Shown here: piece after piece, positions 1-8,106 of the stretch | Position numbering within the stretch: position 1 is the stretch's first letter | Layout: every line of letters begins with the position of its first letter | Notes under the pieces: model-generated | The model's input: the letters and a program-made list of their open reading frames with translations, nothing else | Told to the model about the DNA's origin: nothing | Databases searched by the model: none | Source: Patescibacteria group bacterium | GTDB taxonomy: Bacteria > Patescibacteriota > Patescibacteriia > Magasanikbacterales > GWA2-37-8 | Reading direction: 5' to 3' | Length of the DNA stretch: 64,000 bases | Assembly (NCBI GenBank): GCA_041651015.1 | Contig: JBAZKA010000004.1 | Location: 1,010 to 65,009, forward strand | Position numbers and translations under genes: made by a program

Positions 1-2000
1 AAGCTCCATTTCCTATTGCAGTTGCGTAATTATGGCTCACCAGTGCAGCATATCCAACTGCAGTACCACCAGTGACGGTTCCGCTTATGTCGGACTCCGA
101 ACCAAGCATTGTATTGTAACTGCCCCCGCTTCCCTGCGCGCCGGCATTATAACCAATGGCAGTATTATTTGAATCTCCATCAAAATATCTCAAGGTATAA
201 ACTCCAATGCCAACATTATTACTACCGGTGACACTCGAGCCTAAAGCGATATAACCCACGCCAACATTATTATTTCCGGTTGTATTATAACGGACGGCAT
301 CGTTACCAACACCAACATTATAATCGCCGGTTGTATTGTCGTGCAACGCCTGATAACCTTGCGCTACGTTGCCAAATCCCGCCGTATTATCGTACAACGC
401 CTCATACCCTACGGCCGTGTTGGAGGATACAGTGTTGTTATAAAGGGATCCGTAGCCAATAGCCGTATTGGCTAAAGATGTGGTACTGATCCGTAACGCA
501 TTGACACCTAAGGCTGTATTATAAGAACCGGTAATATTTTGATATAAGGCAGTCAGGCCGATTGCCGTATTATTTCCGCCTGTCGTGTTGTTATATAATG
601 CATCATAAGCAAGAGCGGTATTATATGCACCCGTGGTATTATTATAAAGAGCCTGATAACCGATTGCCGAATTATACATGCCCGAGGTGTTATTAAATAA
701 CGCTTGATATCCCATAGCAGAATCATACATCCCCGTACCAATTGCTGTAGTACTACCCATCGCCTGATAGCCAAAAGCGGAGTTTCTATAACCAGTAGTA
801 TTTGAATACATCGCCTGATAACCTTGGGCTGTATTCATCACGCCCGTCGTATTACTATATAACGCCTCATAACCAACCGCGGTGTTGGAGGACGCGGTGT
901 TATAGCGAAGAGAATTATAACCTAAGGCGATATTGGCGTTTGAAGAAGTGGCATCATACAAAGAATAATAACCCAAAGCAACATTGCCGTTGCCGATCTG
1001 GTTGCCTTTCAACGCGCCACGACCAATACCGGTGTTGTATGAACCGAGGGTATTATCAAGCATTGCTCCGCGACCCATGGCGGTATTGTTACTACCACTG
1101 CTATTTACATACAAAGCGCCATAACCCACTGCGGTATTGTCATCACTGGAAGTGGCGGTAGCGAGAGCACCAACACCCACGGCAGTATTAAAGCTACCGG
1201 TTTGGTTTAAACTAATGGCGCCGGCGCCCAGGGCTGTGTTGTAATTACCGGTGGTATTGGCATAGAGGGCATTAATGCCATACGCTGAATTGTAACCGCC
1301 GGTTTGGTTTGCATAAAGGGATAGGTAGCCCATGGCAATGTTTCCCACACCCGTCGTATTACTATACAACGCTTGATAGCCTACCGCGGTATTGGAGGCG
1401 ACAATGTTGTTATAAAGCGCCTGGTATCCGATACCGACATTGGCATCACTGGTAGTGTTGGAATACAGAGAATAAGAACCAATGCCAACATTATAATTAC
1501 CCGTAATGTTATCATAGAGGGCGCTATCACCACTAGCGACATTGTAACTGCCGGTTGTATTATTTCTAAGGGGGGCACGACCAATGGCAACATTGCGATC
1601 GCCTGTGGTGTTATAGCGGAGAGAATGCCAACCGCTGGCAATGTTAAAATCGCCGGTGGTATTATCATGCAAAGCATAATAACCATTGGCGACATTATAA
1701 TTACTTGTATTGTTTGCTGTGGTACTGCCCATGGCCATATAACCATTGGCGATGTTGCCAGCACCGGTGGTATTGCTATATAAAGCCTGATAACCAGAGG
1801 CAACGTTGGCATATCCGGTGGTGTTGTTGTATAAAGCCAAAGAACCATTGGCGATGTTGCCATATCCGGTGGAGTTACTATATAGCGCCTGATAACCGGA
1901 GGCGGTGTTACTTGCACCGGTCATGGTCAAATTGCCGGCATTGCCAAAATAATAATTGTTTAAACTGGTGGACGCATAAGCCAAATTCACGCCGTTGTAT
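1..2000 (-). repeat. Degenerate 51-nt (17-codon) tandem coding repeats inside the giant gene
   Basis: Visible periodicity, e.g. 241-400 and 1380-1920. Encodes NTA(V/I)GYQALYSNTTGxY-type units. Confidence 0.6.
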
Positions 2001-5000
2001 TTGTAATAATTATCAGCGGTGACACTGATGCTGCCATCAACAACTAATTTTTCATTTGGTGTGGTGGTGCCGATGCCGACGTTGCCGGACACGGCAACAG
2101 CAAGGTAATCCGTACCACCAAAGCCACCACTATCAATTTTAAAAGCGTAATTATCATCGGCGTCTATACCGGTTGCGAATGATTGGCTCGCCGGCCTGTT
2201 GTAATAAAGAATCTCAGCATGACCACTCGCATTATCTTGCCGTAGATATACCATTGGCGCTCCATTGCTCGCATCGTTCTCATACACCCCGAAGTCGGTT
2301 TCCGTGGCGCCAGATGCTGAAGAAGTGCCAACATGGATACCATTCAAAAACGCGGATTTGCCTGATGACATAATTCTTGTCGGCGGAGAGTTGGGGTCAG
2401 AGGCGCTTGTACCAAGAGCGATGAAGCCAATATAATTTCCACTATTATTTAAATTGCCGATAAACGCGGTTTGCGTAGCACCGGCAAACAAAGAAATGCC
2501 GTTTATAGATGAAACCGAGGCTGAAACGTCAATCGCCAATCTGACTGAGGGAGTAGAAGTGCCAATCCCCAGCCGATTATTTGTATCATCCCAAAAGAAA
2601 TTGGAATTGTCTTGCGTTAATTTTCCACTGGATGATGCAAAGACCACTGAGCCGACGGTCAGGCCGCCCGTATCGGTTGCTAAAATTCCCAGCGACGAAG
2701 TGGATACCCAATTCGGCGCAGATGCGCCGTTTGATTGCAAAACGTATCCTAATGTACCGGCATTGCCATTAGTTCGTAATGCGCCGGACAAATTCATGTC
2801 GCCGGAAATTGATAACGGATATGATGGCGTGGTGGTATTGATACCAACATTGCCACCGAGAAGAGCGATGGTATTATTTTGAGAGATAGTTTTTGATGTG
2901 GAAGAAACATTTACACCAAAAGAATTATTACCATTGACGGTCAAATTTTGCCCGAACGCGGCGCTGTTGCTGCCGCCGGCAACAGTTAAATTACCAAATG
3001 CAACGCTATAAGTCCCGCTCGCGTATGTGCCATAACCAAAAGCCGCACTGGCTTCGCCGCTGGCTGTCACACCATTTCCAAAAACCGCGCCATATTGTCC
3101 ACTCACGATATTCCCCCAACCACCGCCGGCAAAACCGGCGGAAACATTAACAGTATTATAACCGCCGCCGGCGACAAAAGAGTAAAAGCCACTAGCTTTG
3201 TTTGCCCAACCAGCGGCAAAAGCATCGGTGCCGCTGTAAACTTCATTATTATAACCAAAAGCGGCCCCGCGGGTGCTGGACACAATATTCCCCTCGCCAA
3301 AAGCAACACCGTTCGTACCAGGAACGTTATTTTCATAGCCAAAAGCGCTGGAATAGTTTCCATTGACAGTATTATTTTCACCAAATATAACTGTGGCTCG
3401 ACCCGCGAGATTATTGCCGGCACCACCGACCACACTGGCAAAGGCGGTACTGGACACATTATTATTGGAACCAAAAACCGCGGAATAATCAGCGCCATAA
3501 CTTGTGGATGCGGCAACATCATTACCAGTACCAGAAACTAATGCACCGGTGGAATATACATTGTTAAGGACGCCAAAAACCGTATCGCCCCACCCGGACT
3601 CTGTATTCCCTTCGCCGGCGACAAAAGAATATGTGCCAAACACAAAGTTGTCGGCACCAAACGCCGCTGAATACTCGCCGATATTTGCATCATCCCAGTC
3701 GTCTCCGGTGACAGTCCCTGCTCTAAACGCCGATTTCTCGGGATACCACATCATCCTTGTGCCCGCGCCCTCAACTTGAAGCGCGTTGCCGTCGTCGAAT
3801 GTACCAGCGGCGACGATTGCGCCGGTTCCACCGACATAAAGTTGCGCTAAAGGATTTGTGCTATCAATACCAATTTCACCGTCGTCATCCATAAATAAAA
3901 TTCCCGTACCGGTGCTGTTAAAAATCCCAAAAGAATCATCACTGTTGATATTTAAATCAACGTAATTATTTGTATCATAGCCCATCCTCATAGCCTTGCC
4001 TGATTCATACAACGAAGTCGGGGTCATGATCGGCGAAGTCAACCAGTTATCACCGTTGTTGTCAGTATAAGCATTTGTGGCGACATCTTTGTAAACATTA
4101 TAACTAAAAGGGTTGGAGGTATCATATTTTAATACACGATAACCGGTCGCCCCGTCCACCGCATCCCATGTCCACTCAAGCCTGTAGAGGTTTGACGAAC
4201 CGTTGTCGGTCCAATTACTGGAAAGATTATCGTATGACGATGAGTAAACTCTGCCTGCTGTCGTGTCCTTGAAGGCATAAACGCGCAAGTTGTGCGAATA
4301 ACTATTCGCCGTATAATACTGCTTTGAGGCATACACCGCACTGACTTGCACATTTGATGGAGTACCGACAGTAATCAACGCACCAGCCCCGGTTACTACC
4401 TGAATTTTACCGGCCGGCGTGGTGGTGCCCACGCCGATTGAACCACCATTAAAAATTCCATTGCCGCTGATTCTAAATCCGGCCACTTGATCAGCGCTTG
4501 TTTGATTTTGAATATAATTATTTGAACCCGATGAAGAAGCAAAACCGAGTGACGAAGTGGATACCCATGCCGGCGCAGATGTTCCGTTTGACTGTAAAAT
4601 ATGTCCGGCTGTGCCGGCGTTGCCGTTGATCCGTAATGCGCCAGACAAATTCATGTCGCCGGATACGGTCAAAGGAAAACTGGGAGTGGTCGTGCCCACG
4701 CCAACATTGCCCCCAAGAAGAGCAATCGTGTTTGGTTGCGAAATTATTTGCGCAGTGGAAGATACATTGACGCCAAACGAACCTTCTCCGCTCACAGTTA
4801 AATATTGCCCGAAAGCCGTCGTATAATTACCAGATACTTCGTTGTATATACCGCCGCCCACAAATGAATAATAACCAGTTGAGGTGTTGTACATGCCACC
4901 TCCAATAAAACTGGAGATACCATCATTATAATTAGACTCGCCACCTCCGATAAAACCACTGATACCACTATTAGTATTGTTTTCACCGCCGCCGATAAAA

Positions 5001-7498
5001 GCATTGGTATTTTGTACCTGATTATATGAACCGCCAACTACGGCGGCATACCGGGCGCTTGATGTATTGTATCGGCCTCCACCGATAAAAGACGCGTCAT
5101 TTGTTGTTACATTGCGGAAACCACCGCCGATAAAACCATAATCATGACTGGAGGTGTTGTACATTCCGCCACCGACAAATGAATACAAACCCGAAGCGGT
5201 GTTATACACACCACCGATTACCGCAGAGAATTGAGCGGAGGCATTCGCATACGCACCTATAGCTACAGTGCCTGTCGCCGAGGCAGTACTACCGCCGACC
5301 ATCGCCACTGAATATGATCCGACATTCGCGTCATCCCATTCGTTCCCCATGGCGATTCCGGCTCTAAACGCCGCCTTACGTGGATACCAAATCATACGGG
5401 TGCCGGCACCGGATGATGACAAGGTCGCACCCGAACCAAAAGTTCCATGCGCGATAATACCGCCGTCGCCACCGATGGTAAGCTTGAATTCCGAAGTTGT
5501 TGTTCCGATAGTCGTGGTGCTCATCGTACCGATGCCTCCAATTCTAAATCCGGCCACTTGATCAGCGCTTGTTTGATTTTGAATATAATTATTTGAACCC
5601 GATGAAGAAGCAAAACCGAGTGACGAAGTGGATACCCATGCCGGCGCAGATGTTCCGTTTGACTGTAAAATATGTCCGGCTGTGCCGGCGTTGCCGTTGA
5701 TCCGTAATGCGCCAGACAAATTCATGTCGCCGGAAATTGATAACGGATATGATGGCGTGGTGGTATTGATGCCGACATTTCCGCCGAGAAAAGCAATGAC
5801 ATTATTTTGCGATAAAACCGCGGCAGTGGAAGAAGCATTTACACCGAAAGAATAGGCGCCTGAAACGGTAAGATTACGGCCAAAAGCAGTAGAAACCCAT
5901 CCGCTGGAGGTATTTGACCAACCGAAAACAGTCGAATACGTATCCCCTGCTACATTATGATTACCAAAAGCCGTAGCACCAATGCCACTGGCTATATTTT
6001 CCTGGCCAAAAACGGTAGCGCCTTGCTGACTTGCAATATTGTAACCACCAAAAGCAGATGAATAGAGACCGCTGGCAATATTTCGTGTTCCCAAGGCCGT
6101 AGCGTATTGACCGCTTGATGTATTGTAGTTACCAATAGCAGTAGCGCCTCGGGCATTGGCGATATTATCGCCGCCTAAGGCAGTCGCATAATAGCTGCTA
6201 GCAGTATTACCGTAGCCCATTGATATTGTATAGTCGCTACTAGCAATATTACCACTTCCGACCGCGAACGATCCTTCTCCGGATGCAGTATTATTTGCGC
6301 CCATGGCGATTGATCCCAAGCCGCTAGCCATGGTATTTAGGCCACTCGCAAAAGACCATCCACCAATATTCGCGTCATCCCATTGGTCAGCCCCCGATCC
6401 CATATCATAGGTGGTGCCAGCTCTGAAGGCACCTTTCCGTGGATACCAAATCATGCGCGTGCCCGTACCAGTGGTAGCAAGCACTTGGCCCTGCGGATCG
6501 AGCACCGGAGTACCCACACCACGCGCGATAATACCGCCGTCGCCACCGATGGTAAGCTTGAATTCCGAAGTCGTTGTTCCGATAGTCGTGGTACTCATCG
6601 TACCGATGCCTCCAATTCTAAAATTCGCGGCTTGATCTACTGAATTTTGATTTTGGATAAAATTGCCGGAAGTGGAAGTGACATACCCGGCATCGTTATT
6701 TAGCAGAGAAACGTTTTCTCCCTCAATCATCACATTGCTCGCGAGCGAAGTTGAAGCAATAGTCGTAGTCGCCATCCACGTGCCGCCGTTCAAATATGCA
6801 AATCCGGTCCAACCTGATGAATCAGCGCCCGTGCCGCCGCGCAAAGTGGAAATGAGCGAACCGTTCCAAGTACCGGAAGCGACATTGCCAAAATAAGAAT
6901 TGCCAAAGACGCTAAGAAACCCGGAAACAGTAGCGCCCGTGGAAGTGACATTATTGAAATTAAAATTTCCCGACGCATCAGAGACCGGAATATAAGTCGT
7001 GCTGGTGTTTGTGTTCGGTGCGACTCCCTCCAAATATTTTGAATTAAACGCGTATGGCGTAGCCGTCATTTTTTTTCTCGGTGTTAGCGTCTCGGCGCCG
7101 ATTCTCACTTCCAAATATACATCAGAATAATTTTTAAAAATATTTGCATCCAAAGCATTGGTGCCGGATTCGCCAAAATTAATTGTAAATAATCCTTGAA
7201 TCGGAGTGATACCAACATAGCTCGGGACGCCAACTGTACCGCTCGCTGAATAAAGAGCTGTACCGCCGGTTAAGGAATCATACAAAATAAAATACATCTG
7301 TTGGGTGGTGCTGGCCGACGAACCATTTACCAATAATTTTCCTTGATACGAAATCGTGGATGGTGCGCTGGCTGACTTGGCTTGAAAAGCCGGCGACAAC
7401 AAAATTAAAATAGCGACAAAAATAGTCGCCGATATACTTAAAAAATTCGGGAATTTGCTCCGATTTACTGAATTTTCTTTCGCCGACTCTGTGTTCAT
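1..7498 (-). CDS. Giant secreted/anchored repeat protein (tail-fibre / YadA-head-like beta-roll repeats); start codon inside window at 7498-7496, 3' end runs off the window (>=2499 aa)
   Basis: My translation of the minus strand from ATG at 7498 gives MNTESAKENSVNRSKFPNFLSISATIFVAILILLSPAFQAKSAS... with a hydrophobic N-terminal anchor. It is followed by 14-aa repeats (S/A)xA(F/L)GxxN(I/T)ASGxx typical of Hep_Hag/YadA-head-like beta-rolls. Region 1-2000 carries 17-aa (51-nt) repeats NxAxGxxALxxNTTGxx. The same frame was checked at 1798. Every listed minus-strand ORF in 1-7000 lies in a different frame, consistent with one uninterrupted ORF that is not listed because it is incomplete. Confidence 0.6.
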   Translation of the reverse strand, partial: MNTESAKENSVNRSKFPNFLSISATIFVAILILLSPAFQAKSASAPSTISYQGKLLVNGSSASTTQQMYFILYDSLTGGTALYSASGTVGVPSYVGITPIQGLFTINFGESGTNALDANIFKNYSDVYLEVRIGAETLTPRKKMTATPYAFNSKYLEGVAPNTNTSTTYIPVSDASGNFNFNNVTSTGATVSGFLSVFGNSYFGNVASGTWNGSLISTLRGGTGADSSGWTGFAYLNGGTWMATTTIASTSLASNVMIEGENVSLLNNDAGYVTSTSGNFIQNQNSVDQAANFRIGGIGTMSTTTIGTTTSEFKLTIGGDGGIIARGVGTPVLDPQGQVLATTGTGTRMIWYPRKGAFRAGTTYDMGSGADQWDDANIGGWSFASGLNTMASGLGSIAMGANNTASGEGSFAVGSGNIASSDYTISMGYGNTASSYYATALGGDNIANARGATAIGNYNTSSGQYATALGTRNIASGLYSSAFGGYNIASQQGATVFGQENIASGIGATAFGNHNVAGDTYSTVFGWSNTSSGWVSTAFGRNLTVSGAYSFGVNASSTAAVLSQNNVIAFLGGNVGINTTTPSYPLSISGDMNLSGALRINGNAGTAGHILQSNGTSAPAWVSTSSLGFASSSGSNNYIQNQTSADQVAGFRIGGIGTMSTTTIGTTTSEFKLTIGGDGGIIAHGTFGSGATLSSSGAGTRMIWYPRKAAFRAGIAMGNEWDDANVGSYSVAMVGGSTASATGTVAIGAYANASAQFSAVIGGVYNTASGLYSFVGGGMYNTSSHDYGFIGGGFRNVTTNDASFIGGGRYNTSSARYAAVVGGSYNQVQNTNAFIGGGENNTNSGISGFIGGGESNYNDGISSFIGGGMYNTSTGYYSFVGGGIYNEVSGNYTTAFGQYLTVSGEGSFGVNVSSTAQIISQPNTIALLGGNVGVGTTTPSFPLTVSGDMNLSGALRINGNAGTAGHILQSNGTSAPAWVSTSSLGFASSSGSNNYIQNQTSADQVAGFRISGNGIFNGGSIGVGTTTPAGKIQVVTGAGALITVGTPSNVQVSAVYASKQYYTANSYSHNLRVYAFKDTTAGRVYSSSYDNLSSNWTDNGSSNLYRLEWTWDAVDGATGYRVLKYDTSNPFSYNVYKDVATNAYTDNNGDNWLTSPIMTPTSLYESGKAMRMGYDTNNYVDLNINSDDSFGIFNSTGTGILFMDDDGEIGIDSTNPLAQLYVGGTGAIVAAGTFDDGNALQVEGAGTRMMWYPEKSAFRAGTVTGDDWDDANIGEYSAAFGADNFVFGTYSFVAGEGNTESGWGDTVFGVLNNVYSTGALVSGTGNDVAASTSYGADYSAVFGSNNNVSSTAFASVVGGAGNNLAGRATVIFGENNTVNGNYSSAFGYENNVPGTNGVAFGEGNIVSSTRGAAFGYNNEVYSGTDAFAAGWANKASGFYSFVAGGGYNTVNVSAGFAGGGWGNIVSGQYGAVFGNGVTASGEASAAFGYGTYASGTYSVAFGNLTVAGGSNSAAFGQNLTVNGNNSFGVNVSSTSKTISQNNTIALLGGNVGINTTTPSYPLSISGDMNLSGALRTNGNAGTLGYVLQSNGASAPNWVSTSSLGILATDTGGLTVGSVVFASSSGKLTQDNSNFFWDDTNNRLGIGTSTPSVRLAIDVSASVSSINGISLFAGATQTAFIGNLNNSGNYIGFIALGTSASDPNSPPTRIMSSGKSAFLNGIHVGTSSASGATETDFGVYENDASNGAPMVYLRQDNASGHAEILYYNRPASQSFATGIDADDNYAFKIDSGGFGGTDYLAVAVSGNVGIGTTTPNEKLVVDGSISVTADNYYKYNGVNLAYASTSLNNYYFGNAGNLTMTGASNTASGYQALYSNSTGYGNIANGSLALYNNTTGYANVASGYQALYSNTTGAGNIANGYMAMGSTTANNTSNYNVANGYYALHDNTTGDFNIASGWHSLRYNTTGDRNVAIGRAPLRNNTTGSYNVASGDSALYDNITGNYNVGIGSYSLYSNTTSDANVGIGYQALYNNIVASNTAVGYQALYSNTTGVGNIAMGYLSLYANQTGGYNSAYGINALYANTTGNYNTALGAGAISLNQTGSFNTAVGVGALATATSSDDNTAVGYGALYVNSSGSNNTAMGRGAMLDNTLGSYNTGIGRGALKGNQIGNGNVALGYYSLYDATSSNANIALGYNSLRYNTASSNTAVGYEALYSNTTGVMNTAQGYQAMYSNTTGYRNSAFGYQAMGSTTAIGTGMYDSAMGYQALFNNTSGMYNSAIGYQALYNNTTGAYNTALAYDALYNNTTGGNNTAIGLTALYQNITGSYNTALGVNALRISTTSLANTAIGYGSLYNNTVSSNTAVGYEALYDNTAGFGNVAQGYQALHDNTTGDYNVGVGNDAVRYNTTGNNNVGVGYIALGSSVTGSNNVGIGVYTLRYFDGDSNNTAIGYNAGAQGSGGSYNTMLGSESDISGTVTGGTAVGYAALVSHNYATAIGNGA
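4480..6640 (-). repeat. Two near-identical ~1071-bp tandem modules inside the giant gene (partial third copy near 2690-2880)
   Basis: Identical stretches at 4480-4680 vs 5550-5740 and ~5450 vs ~6530. Antisense ORFs 4557.. and 5628.. share 33 identical N-terminal residues. Module boundary encodes ...GGNVGI(N/G)TTTPS(Y/F)PL(S/T)(I/V)SGDMNLSGALRINGNAGTAGHILQSNGTSAPAWVSTSSLGF... Confidence 0.65.
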
Positions 7499-7583
7499 AA
7501 GTCGGTTAATTTCAAGACATCTATATTATAGCATTTTTTACGCCTCAAAAGAATGTTTTTTTGCGAAGTTATCCACAGAAATA

Positions 7584-7691
7584 GTTCATAAAGTTATAAA
7601 GTTTTTAAAGTTTGTAAAGTAAAAAATCTCCCGTTTCCACGGAAGACTTTTGTCTGCTTTATAACTTTATGAACTTTATAACTTTATGAAC
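7584..7691. repeat. AT-rich inverted repeat built from AACTTTATAA/TTATAAAGTT units, between the giant-gene start and the trxA stop
   Basis: Left arm gttcataaagttataaagtttttaaagtttgtaaagt (7584-7620). Right arm ctttataactttatgaactttataactttatgaac (7667-7691) is its reverse complement. Right arm overlaps the trxA stop codon. Confidence 0.55.
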
Positions 7692-8010
7692 TAAGACATC
7701 GGTCAATCATCTCCATTAATTTTTCCTTCTGCAATCCCCCGTTTAATGTATCAACCGGCGCGCCATTCTTAAAAACAATAAATGTCGGCACGCTCATCAC
7801 TTCCCACTTGCCCGCCACCTCCATATTTTCATCCACGTTTAATTTTCCAATTTTAATATTCTTGCCTTCATAATCCTTGGCCAGCTCATCCACAATCGGA
7901 CCCATCATCTGACACGGCCCGCACCACGGCGCCCAAAAATCCACCAAGACCGGCACGTCGGATTTCAAAACTTCGGCTTCAAAATTAGAATCAGTAAAAA
8001 CTTTTTCCAT
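7684..8010 (-). CDS. trxA: Thioredoxin
   Basis: 108 aa, WCGPC active-site motif, typical thioredoxin length and sequence. Confidence 0.9.
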   Translation of the reverse strand: MEKVFTDSNFEAEVLKSDVPVLVDFWAPWCGPCQMMGPIVDELAKDYEGKNIKIGKLNVDENMEVAGKWEVMSVPTFIVFKNGAPVDTLNGGLQKEKLMEMIDRCLSS

Positions 8011-8024
8011 AAGTAAATAATTAT

Positions 8025-8105
8025 GTACGAAATACGAAAGCTACGAAACTTACAAAAATGTTTTCATTACACGTTCGTATATTTCGCAGTTTTCGTATTT
8101 CGTAC
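8025..8105. repeat. Solo (empty) copy of the TACGAAA-heptamer inverted-repeat element (MITE-like)
   Basis: gtacgaaatacgaaagctacgaaa (8025-8048) and tttcgcagttttcgtatttcgtac (8082-8105) are near-perfect reverse complements with ~33 bp between them. The same arms flank the GxxExxY gene at 44932-45422. Confidence 0.5.
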
Positions 8106-8106
8106 A

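Noticed and set aside
1-2000. Regular ~51-nt periodicity that could be mistaken for a CRISPR array
   Set aside because: Repeats are degenerate and contiguous with no unique spacers, and they translate in one open frame into 17-aa protein repeats.
280-6978. Many 60-180-aa ORFs on both strands inside 1-7000 (e.g. 1381..1917 -, 2454..2882 +, 4557..4826 +, 5628..5855 +, 6411..6635 +)
   Set aside because: They are off-frame or antisense readings of the long repeat-encoding minus-strand gene. All minus-strand ones share a frame different from the open frame that starts at 7498. Their composition (Pro/Val/Ile-rich) mirrors the repeat codons.
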